64,000 nt of DNA, taken from NCBI RefSeq assembly GCF_009914755.1, contig NC_060931.1, one strand, 5' to 3'. Below the pieces are notes generated by a model. The model saw only the letters and a list, made by a program, of their open reading frames with translations, ran no database searches and was not told the DNA's origin. The position numbers and the translations under genes are program-made. The DNA comes from the human T2T-CHM13v2.0 reference genome, Homo sapiens. Shown piece by piece: positions 13,861 to 25,870 of this stretch; within the stretch, counting starts at the first letter, position 1, and each line of letters begins with the position of its first letter.

Positions 13861-14894
13861 TTATAGATTTCTCACCCGCAGATGCCTCACTTGAGAGCTC
13901 AGGTTGGAATGAGCATTAGGAAGTATCCAGCACGAGGAAAGAGGGACGACCCATCTGGGCACAGGGAAGTAATTGGGGCCACAAGAAGGCAAAGGCCACG
14001 ACCTACTGAAATATATTGAATTTCATATCTTCTTTGGATGTTTTCCAGTTTTAAATAAGTCTACTTCATTGGGTGAAATATGGCTTGAATTAGGGACAGC
14101 CCTTTCTCTGAATGTAAAAGGTTACATCACGCATTTCCAGTATCTGTGCAGCTTGCTGCCTCTTCCTTGAAATCATTTAGAGAGAGGGTTGTTGGGCACA
14201 TCAGATTTCTTGCTCACTGTGTCAGGTCCAGAAGGTCCTGGAGGAAAAGGGAGAGACAGAGGAGTAGAAAACATTTGTTCAAGCAGGGAGGACTGTTTGA
14301 CACACACCAACATCCCCGGAGTTTTCTGTTAATTAAAAAAGTCATCAGAATGCATTTGCATATGAGATTCTATGTTGCATTTGTTCAGAAAGATTGACTT
14401 GAACTATAAAGTAGCTTTGTCCTCTTTCATTAACTTCCTTCACCCTACAAAGTGTGAACCAGCAGCATTTGCTTCCTGGGGGTGGGGTTGGGGGGAGCTG
14501 GTGAGAAAGGCAGAATCTCGGGCTCCACTCGGGGACCTGGGGAGGCAGGACCTGCATTCCAATAAGTTGGCAAGTGATGCTTCTGCAGGGAGAGAAGAGC
14601 TGCTCTAGGCTGTGCACCATTTCTCTCTCTCCCCTTTACTGGAATCTTTTCTATCACTCTCGTTTAATGGCTTCATGAATTTCGTACATTGTGTTTCTTA
14701 TTGTGGGCCACCTCAAATCCTTTTTGGTCCTTGATGTTGTATAATATTTAGTCAACGTTAAGAACAAACTGTCCTCCAAACCAGGGTTTGATAGTCCGGG
14801 CATTTTCATATGTATTAGAGAAAACATTTTAATAACAGCTTCATGAAGGAGAAAGAGGAGCCATAAGTAGTTTTAACTCAATTTAGGGTTAATA

Positions 14895-15040
14895 AGTAAC
14901 CACTATTAATTGAGCATCTACTGTGTATTAGCCCTGGATATGCAGACTCACTCAGTCCTCACAAAATTCTATGAAGTGGGTGTTTTTATCTCCATTTTAT
15001 AGGTTAGGAATGGAGGCTCAGGAAGGTCATATGCCTTGAA
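14895..15040 (-). mobile_element. MIR
   Basis: TTGAGCATCTACTGTGT...CCTCACAAAATTCTATGAAGTGGGTG...CCATTTTATAG. Confidence 0.7.
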
Positions 15041-15884
15041 TGAGGGGGGGCATTGCTAAGCGGTGGCTTCAAGGGCTTCCCTAGCTCCTATCACCAGCAC
15101 CAAAACACCCACTAAAATTAATCTAATAAGTAATTATACAATTGAGATAGTTTTGCATACAGTTGTGCATAATAAATGAAATTGTGCTTGCTCTACAAAC
15201 GTGCTTCAAGACACCCCCTCTCTTTCAACTTGCTCATTCTCCCACTGCCCTTCCAAAGCGAACCCTTTGAGTGACGCTCCACCCAGGGCCACTTAGCTCC
15301 ACCACAGTGACGCCAAAGTTTCGGCTGGAAACTAAGGAAGTGAAAGTTCTAAGTTGCTTGCCAAGTGCTTTATATTTTTTTAATTTTTAAAATTTTTGTA
15401 CTTAGTAAATTCGAACCAGTGTCAGTAGCCAAATGCCTTAAAATCAGGAAGGGCTTGGGAAGTTTTCTACAGCATATGACACACCTTCCAAGGATCCCCC
15501 TCAACTTGCTAGTCTGTAGTCATCTCCCGTCTGGTTTCTTTAAACAGGAATGTGATTGTCTATCCTGGAGCATGTTGCTCCCCTTTGATTCTAATTTTAA
15601 AAGCCCATATGGCGCTGGTGTGTGGGTCTATCATCTTTCCATCATGCTCTGGGCAGGGTGGAGGGTCCAGTATGAGTTTCTGTGACTAAAGGAGGACTTA
15701 CAAGACCTAGAGTAGAAGTCAAGATCTCTAACTGTGGAGCTGTGGCAAGGAATTACAAGAAAAGCCTGGGCTATAGGGTCAACCAAGTTAGAATCTTGGT
15801 TTTGTCATCTGCTGGAAACCAGGGCTTGGGCAAGTGAGCTCATCTCATTGAACGTTTCGTTTCTAGATAATGAACATCTCAGAC

Positions 15885-16785
15885 TTTTTAAAATTTTGAA
15901 ATATTTAATTGATGAATAAGAACTGAATATATTCAAGGTATACAATGCAATGATTTTATTTAAGTATATAATGTATAATGATTATCACTATCAGAATAAT
16001 TAAAACATTCTTCACCACCCATGATGTACATTAGATCCCAGAACTTATTCATCTTATAACTGAAGGTTTGTACAGTTTGATCAGCGTCTCCCCATTTCCC
16101 TCATCCCCAGCCTTTAGTAACCACCATTTTACCCTCCTTCTATGAGTTTGAGTTTTTTAGATTCCACATGTGAGATAATGCAGTATTTGTCTTTCTGTGT
16201 CTGGCTTATTTCACTTACCATAATGTCCTCTAGGTTCACCCATGTTGTAACAAATGGCGGGATTTCCTTCATTTTTATGGCTGAATAATATTCCATTGTG
16301 TATATGTACCACAATTTCCTTATCTGTCATCCACTGATCGACACTTAGGTTGTTTCCATATCTTGGTTATTGTGAATAATGCTTCTATGAACATGGGAGT
16401 GCAGATATCTCTTTGAAGTACTGATTTCATTTTCTTTGGATACATACCCAGTAGTGGGGTTTCTGGATCATGTGATGGTAGTTCTATTTTTAACTTTTTG
16501 AGAATCTCCATACTGTTTTGCATAAGTGGTTGTACTAATTTAGGACCCACCAGCAGTGTACAGGGCTCCCTTTTTCTGCATCCTTGCCAGCCCTTGTTAT
16601 TTCTTGTCTTTTTGACAGTAGATTCCTAACAGGAGTGAGGTGATGTCTCATTGTGGTTTTGATTCTCATTTCCCTGATGATTAGTGATTTGAGCATTTCT
16701 TTCATGCACTTATTGACCACTTATATGTCTTCTTTGGAAAAATGTCTATTCAGGTCCTTTGCCTATGTTTTAATTGAGTTGTTTC
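15885..16785 (-). mobile_element. L1MA-type LINE 3' end (L1MA9-like), inserted into a MIR
   Basis: ORF track gives L1 ORF2p C-terminal peptides ([14 protein letters not shown]; LKKLKIELP; IKTTMRHHLTPVR); L1MA 3'UTR; MIR halves on both sides. Confidence 0.9.
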
Positions 16786-17054
16786 TCAAGCTTACTGTGT
16801 AGAATTATAATAAAGGATCTGGCACATAGTACAGGCTTAGTAAATGGTAGTTCTGATGACACTGATGATCATGACAAGGAGAAATGAAATATCATCTGAA
16901 TAAGGAAATATTAAAGGACTAAGGTTGTTCATCTCTAGGGAGAGAGGGTCCTTAGAAACAGTCATGAAACAAACAGAGGTTTTCATGCAGAGCTGGTGCC
17001 TGCTTTTTCTGTATTCTGATACACTGAGTGTGGAGACCATGGATTCTGTCCAAA

Positions 17055-17260
17055 TGTAGCGAATAAGAAAATGTGCCTAGATGTTAGACAGGCTCGGTTC
17101 AATCTGGATCAACTCCATCCTAGCTCTATGACTGGTCAAATTGGCCAGTCTCTTTGATTCTCAGTTTATTCATTGTAAAATGGGGATAATAGTCCTTTAA
17201 GACTCAAGTTTTTGTAAGGACTGTGCTTGACACAGTGCCAGGCATGTACTTTAAGTGCTG
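17055..17260 (+). mobile_element. MIR
   Basis: CTCAGTTTATTCATTGTAAAATGGGGATAATAG. Confidence 0.7.
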
Positions 17261-17906
17261 TTATTTGAATTGCATTTCAATACATGGCCAGCACTCCCAG
17301 ATTGGATTAGTTGCTGTGGAATGGCCTACAGAAAGATCTTACAGAGTCTGTCTTGAAGACAGCATTTCATGAGCAGTACAGGTTGTCAGTGTGGAATGAT
17401 TCAGAGGGATTCCTGTTACATCAGAGTTCCTACAGACTCAGACACAGAGAAGGAACACCCATGGACAGCCTAGTGTCCTATGGAGACACAGTGCCTTTTG
17501 CATGAGCCTCAACTGCAGAGCTTCTCAGCAGGACAGTTGCTAAGAAAATTGGTCATCTACTTTCTAATTTTGCCTGCTGCCATATTGCCAGTCCAGGTAA
17601 TTTCCATGTTCAGTGTTAAAAGGTGGATACTTCCAAATTGGTCTTCACTTTGAAAGCATGTTGTTTCTTCATGTTTTACCAACCTGTGTGATCAGAGTTT
17701 TTTATGCAGGAAGATTTAGGGTGGGCTATTTCAAAACAACCCCTATGAATACCCATGTATCATGTAACAGTGTGATTCTGTGCTTTCTGCCTTCCCATTT
17801 GTGTCTGATACAGGAATAGAAATAAGACCTTCATGATGATAGCTTAATATTTTCCCTCTTTGCACCTTGGCTTATTATCCATCTGAAATTTTATATATAT
17901 ATAATT

Positions 17907-17930
17907 TGTGTGTGTGTGTGTGTGTGTGTG
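17907..17930. repeat. (TG)n microsatellite
   Basis: seen directly. Confidence 0.95.
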
Positions 17931-18295
17931 GAGCAGGGGGTGTGGGTACTGTGATTTTCTCTAGTGCTGACCAGTTAAGGACCAAGCTTTCTGTTGGGGA
18001 GGTGAGTGAGCAGAAAAAAAATGAACTTGGAATCACGTAACATCCTATTTTTCTGAAAATAGCTTTGGAATAAGAAACAAGAAAATGAGAATGCAGAAAA
18101 TATGATCTGTTACCTCAGATTGTTTCTAAAACAAATGCTTTCGCAAAGTAGAGGTAAATCTTTTTTCTACTCTGTAACTGCTCTGACCTGTGTAAACCCA
18201 GTGGGCACTTTCAGCTGGGCTGGAATGTCAGAGAATTCCCGGTTTGTCTAGGTTACAAGATATTGTCTTCATTTCTGTTGTTTTTCTGCATAAAG

Positions 18296-18850
<555 letters not shown>

Positions 18851-19749
18851 GTGGAACAGGAAAAGGAAGGCAAAGTATTTTCAGAAGGCAGTGGGGTGCC
18901 ATTGAATATCATTAATTAAATGCTGTTTAGTGCTACAAAAGAAAGGAATGAAAGAAATACTGTCTTATAACTCCTTGGTAGATCCATGTTTCCACCAATT
19001 TCAAGACATGTTTTCTTATGTGTTTAATCCCGTCTTGAGACGGGTCTATTGTTCTCCGTTCTCCAGGAAATGCTCCATAGTCAAAACATCACTTGACATT
19101 CCATCCTCTGGCAACAAGCAGGAGGGCTGAAGCTATACTTTGTCTTGTAGTTATGATCCATGACAATTACATTACCAAGAATAACAGCCTTTAGAGCAAG
19201 ATCAACAAATTTATCACTAGCGTTTAAATCAACACCCAGTCACTTAAGTAAATATCCGCTTTGCTAAATTACTTTCTCTGTCAGTGTCAGGGAGGAAAGG
19301 AGTGCCTGAGAGCTTTTGTTTGAGGTTAGAAGTGAAGACCCGAGGGATGGGCAAAATGAAAGATAAATTTCTCAAATAGTTAAAATAGCAATGCCGTGAA
19401 GTAAGTGGAGTATTTCTGAGCATCTATGTGAAAGTGTTTGGCTCCAAGCTGTGAATGAGTGTCCCAGTCACCTGGAGGCAGAAATCAGGAGAGTAAGTTA
19501 AAAAGCACAACGAAACCTATTCTGGTACACATCTGTTTGGAGCAGTTGGGTGTATTGTAAATGTCTCGCATGTGGCTTTTTAAGCTCCCCATAATCTCTA
19601 ATGTGTCTGCTTTATTTTCTTACCATGTGGGTAGGTAATGCTTCTCTCAGGCTTGGCAGAGGGTATTGTTGAAAAGGTATAACCAATGAGGCTGAAAGGT
19701 CTTGTATGTGGCAGTTTTCTCTCTGTCTGCTGAAATGGTCTGCCCTTTA

Positions 19750-19950
19750 ATAAAAGTAATAGCCAACATTATGTGATGGGGTACCAGGCATCAACCCTAT
19801 GAGACAGGCATTGTCATCCCCATTTTGGGATGAAAAAATGTAGTTCAAATGAGTTTAACTTGCCAAGCTCACGTAGCTCCTGAGTGGTAGGGCTGGGTTT
19901 GAACCCAGGCAGTCCGACATGCAAACCATGTTTCTACCCCAAGCACTGTC
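19750..19950 (-). mobile_element. MIR
   Basis: CCCTATGAGACAGGCATTGTCATCCCCATTTTG...GGCTGGGTTTGAACCCAGGCAGTC. Confidence 0.8.
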
Positions 19951-20374
19951 TCCCTGTGGTATCTGGACTTGTAGCATAGGATTTCTGTCCCAACCTCTTA
20001 AATTCCTAGATTAGGTTTCTTAGAGCACACTCTCAGAGCACATTGAAACAAGGGTTACCCAATGAGAAAGAGAGAGGCAGAGAGAAAAATAGAAAATCTG
20101 TAAGACGTTTGCCTAAAATATTGTGGCTGTAATAGAAAGCTTCTGGAATCTTCCACTGTAAACAAGCTGGTTTTGAGCAAGTCACTTAACCTCTCTGGTT
20201 CTGCATCTATAAGTGGAATGTGATCAGATGTTCCCTATGGTTTTGTCCAGTCTTCTCATCTATAAATCTGATTTATTCAACAAACAGAGAAAGAGAGGTG
20301 GTGGTGGTAAGGAACATAGGGCTAGACATCACAAATACTACCTAATTTAGTTTTAGGGTTTATATTACAGAACT

Positions 20375-20800
20375 ATGTTAGTTGGGGCTCTTCAGGCTGC
20401 AATTATGAAAATCTAACCTGACCTAAGCAAGCTTATATTCAAGTTAGGGGCTTTTATTGATTTCATGTTGGCAGCACATCATGAGTTCTAAGAACCTGGG
20501 AGGCAGCTGAGCTTCAGAAAAGGATCCTACAACTGGGACACTGAGAGCCTCCAAATCTCTGTCCTCTTGGTGTCTCTTCTCTACCTCTCCTGGGCAATTG
20601 TAGTCAAATGGTCTGTTCTTTCCTGAGGAACAGTCTTGCCCGTTTACCTATCCAGGTGGCAGAAAATGACTCTCGTAGATCTGATAGAAAATGTGTAGAG
20701 ACTGATTTCCCTAGCTTGGGTCTCATTGGACCAGAGTGTGGGGGCATATAGTAGGGACAAGATGGCTCTCATGCACCTTTGAGGGTAGAGAGGAGCCATC
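20375..20800 (-). mobile_element. old MaLR LTR (MLT1K/L-like)
   Basis: GTTAGTTGGGGCTCTTCAGGCTGCAATTATGAAAATCTAAC start and CTGATTTCCCTAGCTTGGGTC motif resemble old MLT1 LTRs. Confidence 0.5.
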
Positions 20801-21959
20801 ACCTGGTATTAAGCCAGGTTGACTCATTCCAGAGGCTGAGAACCATGGCTCCCACTTATCCGAGGTGGTGGCTGAGATGAAGAGATGTTGAAGGACTTAG
20901 ACATACTCAGACAGCAGTAACTGAAAGGATTAAGAATGAAACACAGATCTTGGCTTTTCATTCTGTCTACTTGAATATATATTGAATTAGATCTCATTAG
21001 GGGATCTAACGACTCATTTGAATAGATTCTGTAACAACTTTGAGAGGTAATTCTGTGTACAAGGAGAAGGAATCTAAGTGAATGACTCCCCCTACCCTCC
21101 CAAAGAGACATATCTTTTCCTATGAACATTTAATTCGTCAAAAACAAATTAAATTGAAATTGTTTCCCTACACAGTAAGCTTCCATTCAAACTCTAACAT
21201 TATAAAACTGTCAGTAAAGCTTTTTATCAGTTTTATAAGTAAGCAATCCATAGATCCCACGTTTCTTATAAATCTTAAATCTCACACCTCAGTCCTCAGG
21301 CTGGGGCTACAAGGTATCATTGCAGCTTCCTTGAAGCACCTTATGTCTCTACCAGTAGGATGTGATCTTGCTTGAGGGTCCCAGGCACTTGGAACTGTGG
21401 AATAATTTTCTTTGTGTGAAGCTGAGCTCAAACATGCTCTGTCACGCTTGATGGAGTTGTTTATGGGCTACTTCCTTTCAACCCCAACCAGCAGGCCCAT
21501 GGCTGCATTTCACAAGCTATTAAAAACACGAGCACTCTCCTTTTTTGTGTGTGGTGTGTGTGGCATCTGACCATTTATTTTGAATACTACATATTTGGAA
21601 AAGCATTCAACAGAGAAAATGATGGCTTTTGGGGGATTCTGACTGTGCCCTGAGTAAACTAGACCTATAATCTGAAACATATTCACATTATGCAGGAATG
21701 AGGACCATGGTCTCTTGCCATGGTTTTTTTTTTTTTTCAATACTTGAAAGCTTCATTTCTCTGTTTTTGGGGAATTATGTTTTGATTTCTGTTTTCCATA
21801 GACAGTAGCAGACAATCACCTCCCTTAATCATTCATGACCTTCCCTCACTGTTTTTATTTTGGCTCCAAAGACTTTCACTTCCTCCAAAAATACCCTCCA
21901 GACCATACAGCATTTTTCTCAGTAGCACTTAAACCAATACAGTCTTTTGTTAAACTACA

Positions 21960-22135
21960 TTCTTACATTTTATGAAACACTTTCAGGAGCAGTTTATCAT
22001 TTGATCCTCTCCTAAACCCTGTGAAATAGTTATTGTTCTCCTCTCCATCTTACAGATGAGGAAACTGAACTTCAGAGAGTTCCTGAAGGTCACACAAGGT
22101 GGGATTAGTGCCCAGGGCTTCTGTCTGCAGAGCCT
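21960..22135 (-). mobile_element. MIR
   Basis: CCATCTTACAGATGAGGAAACTGAACTTCAGAGAG. Confidence 0.8.
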
Positions 22136-22146
22136 GTTGTCTTTAA

Positions 22147-22221
22147 TTTTTCTTTTCTTCCCTCCCTCCCTCCCTCCCTCCTTCCTTCCTTCCTTCCTTC
22201 TTCCCTTCCTCTCTTTCTTTC
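22147..22221. repeat. (CCCT)n(CCTT)n polypyrimidine repeat
   Basis: seen directly; (GGGA)n on - strand. Confidence 0.9.
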
Positions 22222-22702
22222 ATAATAATTTAGTACCAATAATATGGCAAATATGTCCCTGCCTCTAGAGGCTTAGTGGTTCATGGAAATCCAGTGGGAT
22301 GTGTGAGGCCTTCTGGGAGGGTTAGTGCATTGGGCTTGGTTGAGGAGGCCATAGCTAACTGTGATTGTGCCTGAGAGTATCACACTTGATGTGCTGCAGA
22401 ATATTCATGCTACCTTGATTACTCGCTCATGCATTCCACTAGGCCTGTTTTTTTCCCAGGTGAAAACCAAGCCGATGGCTACAGAACCTAGTGGGAGAGA
22501 CTCTTTTGCCCTTCTATTTGACTCAACTGGCAATGTCTTAACCACAATATCGTGCTGATGTTAAAAGACATACTATGCTTCCATTTTTCTTTGCCTTTCC
22601 TTTGAGCTTAGTTTCAGTGACTACTGATTTTATTTCTCACTAGAAGGACAACTCGGTTGGCCTCCTTTATGTTCTAGCCAGGGGTCAACAAACATTCTTT
22701 AA

Positions 22703-22960
22703 AGGGAGGGCTTCAGGTGCAGGGCGAAGTGAGTGAGGCACTTGCTTTGGGTGCAACCTACAAGGAGGGGGTCAAAAACTCAGTAAACAAGATAAAGAAT
22801 ATCTTACTGCAATATTTTAAATAATCAAAATTAACACAAAATTCCAAGATGAAGAAAATGTCAGGATTTTAAATATGGACCAGACACTTGCAGTGCCCTG
22901 CAGAGCTATGCAGGAATGTGAGGCAAAAGGAGCAACCAGGGATACTGCCCCCTAGCTAGA
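22703..22960 (+). mobile_element. hAT MER96B-like element
   Basis: GTGAGTGAGGCACTTGCTTTGGGTGCAA...AAAAACTCAGTAAACAAGATAAAGAATAT...GCAATATTTTAAATAATCAAAATTAA. Confidence 0.65.
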
Positions 22961-25669
22961 GTGTTGGAATCCTACTTAGGATTTTGTCTTTATTTGGCTT
23001 CATCATTCTCCAAAGACCTCAAAACTGTCCTCACGCTCTTCCCCAGCAGATCTCCCTGGGAAATCTCTTTTCTTATGCAGAAGCTTGCCTTGCTGCTTCT
23101 GGCTACTTCCAAATTTGGAAAACCAAACTTTTGATTTCCAAGGAGACTTCAGAGTCTAGAAAATGTCTCTGAGGATTTCCTACAGCAAGTGGCCGTTTCG
23201 AAGAGCTGGGCAGACAGGAATATCTGTGGCTTCCTGGGCCTTACACGCCTGCTTGCTATCTCATTATACCCCTGGCTGTGGCAAAAGGGAGCAGGTGTTT
23301 GGGGATCTCTTTCTCTATGAATTATTGTTTGATCCCAGAGCCAGAATTAAAAAATATGCTTCATTCTCAGTACTATGCTTGATCTATTTTGGATTAATGA
23401 TAAATATGTTTGGTTTATTGATAACATCTTTTTTATAGATTTTGAAATGCATTGTAGATATTAACTGGCAAAATAAGGTGAGGAAGGAGATGAGGCTTCC
23501 TGTTTGATGTCACGTGACGGATTCATATGTTGGCTTGGGTCCCCTTTCTATTAGTTGTTAATTAGATAAAAGGAGAGAGAGAGTTGTTGGGCACCGGATG
23601 CCATGGAACAGTTGTCCAGGGTGTCCATAATGTCGTTTTCACAAAACTGTAGTAAGCTGGGGGTTCCAGGCCAGGTGAACCAAGGGCTACGTGATATACA
23701 AAAGTGAGGAGAAGGCTGTTTTCCTGTAGATTCACTTTATATGAATCAATAGCTTTCTGGGAATAGCTCTTTCCAGCCGTGCCCTCTGTGTGCCCTGGCA
23801 CTGGGTCCCTGTGAACCCACTATGAAAGGTTAACAGAGCCAAGAACATGGTCTCTTTCATGTATCTGTTGCCCCTGAACTAACCTGGATGCCTCACTTTC
23901 AAGATGGAAATCCATTCCAGACAGGGCGAACTCAAGGGGCAAGGACAGACCCTGCAGTCCTTTCTGTCTTTGGTCTCTGGGGCTGGCCTTCTCCAGCACC
24001 TCTTGGCAGATAAAGAGTGACCACTTTGTTCATACCGTGATAATCTTAACATTTTGCCTACTTGGGCAACCTATGGTCTTATAGCTGCTTAGAGAGCTTC
24101 AGCTGGCATTCCATATAGAGTGACCACATTTTCTGAATCCAATTGTGTTTGAACCATAGTTGATGAGCTATAATCGTACATTGGAAGAGAGTACATTAAA
24201 TCAGGAGTCTCTAGGAAATTTAGTATTAATCTATGTATCTTTGATAAATGTATGGATTTGAAAATTATTAATTTTTATTACTATATTAGTACTATGTCAG
24301 TTTTATAAATAACAGTGATATATGGTTTTCTGGAAGACCAAGAATGGTAAGGAAAAATAGGTGCTGTATACACACGTATGCATAATCATGTTATTACAGA
24401 ATTTATGTTGGGGGGGGAAAATGAGAGTTGTTCTGTAGGGGGAAAAATGAGACTTATTATTTGGTCCTGGAATATTATATTCAGTAACTTCTTGTTACTG
24501 AAGTTAACTGTTTTTGAGTTATGTTTTCAGAGCTAAATCTGATTGAGTTTACAGAGAGGACCAGCACATAAATGTGCACTTTTAATACTTCCAGGGGACT
24601 CTTTATTCTCTAAAATGTAACAGTGCAGACTGAGCTGAGTGAATAAGATACTCCCTAAGGTCAAGAGGGCTTGAAAGACCAATCCAGGGAATGCCCTTGA
24701 GTTTTAGATGAGAGTCCCCCAAAGACTAACACACCTGTGAGAGAAACAGCGTCACCAGCAGAGGGAAGGGCTCCCTTGCAGGCCCTGGCCAGCTAAAAAC
24801 AACAGCACAATAGCTGCTCTCACAAATTGAAAAAAAGAACAAGAAGACAAAAGGTATCTATTCCCTCAAGCTCACAGTAGCAGTTTCGGCCATTCTTTGT
24901 CATACTCTGTGATTTGAAAAATAAAACCAGTGCTATCTTGTGAGAAGCCACGCCATTCCTGTCCCCTGGTTTTTCTGTCTGCCCTTTTTTCTTTCTCTAT
25001 TTGTTAGAATAAAAGTCCCTTTCAAGTTTTTCTCTGTATGTGTGTGCGACCTTCTTAAGGATGACTCCCACAAACTGCCCACAGATTAAACAAAAGATGA
25101 CTTTTTCTTTGAGCCTATTTTTGGGCACAGATATGTAAGCTGATTTGTATCCCATGCCTGCCTGATTCGAAATGCACAGCAGTCAAGGAAAGAGAAGCCA
25201 AACGGCAGATCCTAAACTCGAGCCAGCAGCCCCTCAGCCCCAGTGCACTAACTTCTTACGACTGAGAGTTAGGACTGGTGAGGTGAGCTGCCAGAATTGG
25301 GCAAATCAAAGCTACGAGCAAATCTACACACAAGGCATCGTCTTCTGTGCACTAGACAGGAGAGGTGATTTGTTGGAGGTGATTTGTTTAACGTTTTGAA
25401 AGCTCATGGGAGGGTGATGCAGGAACCAGTCAATATCCTTGAGATGGATTTCAAGTTGGGGGAAGCAGCGCTGGTTCCTACGTTTCCTCCCACTTAGTGG
25501 GGTCAGCTCAGAAAAAGACATGCATTTGGAGAGATCGCAGCCTTTACAGAGAAATAAGTGACCTTTAGTCTTCATTCACTGCTTTTAACACGAGCTTCCC
25601 TTCCAGTTAATAGTTTTTCAGAAACCTTAATAATGTGTTTGAGAGTCTTTTCCTCCTTTGGGAGGCAGT

Positions 25670-25870
25670 GCTTCATGCTGGATAGAAGCTTTTAACAGAC
25701 AGAATAAATATCAAAATTTATTCGGACATTTACTATCTATGTGACCTTGAGTGAACCACTTAGTTTCTCTGAGCCTACATTTTCCCACTCCATCTATAAA
25801 ATGGGCAGGGTAATGTCCTTTTCACAGGATTGTGGTAAGGATTAAAGGAGATAATATATATAATATGAAT
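25670..25870 (+). mobile_element. MIR
   Basis: ATGTGACCTTGAGTGAACCACTTAGTTTCTCTGAGCCT...ATCTATAAAATGGG...GGATTAAAGGAGATAAT. Confidence 0.8.

Noticed and set aside
16129-16720. ORFs with L1 ORF2p peptides (also 11699-12064)
   Set aside because: Fragments of dead, truncated L1 copies.
24755-24768. CTCF-like CCAGCAGAGGGAAG
   Set aside because: Lacks the conserved C after GGG; a single motif is too weak to call.
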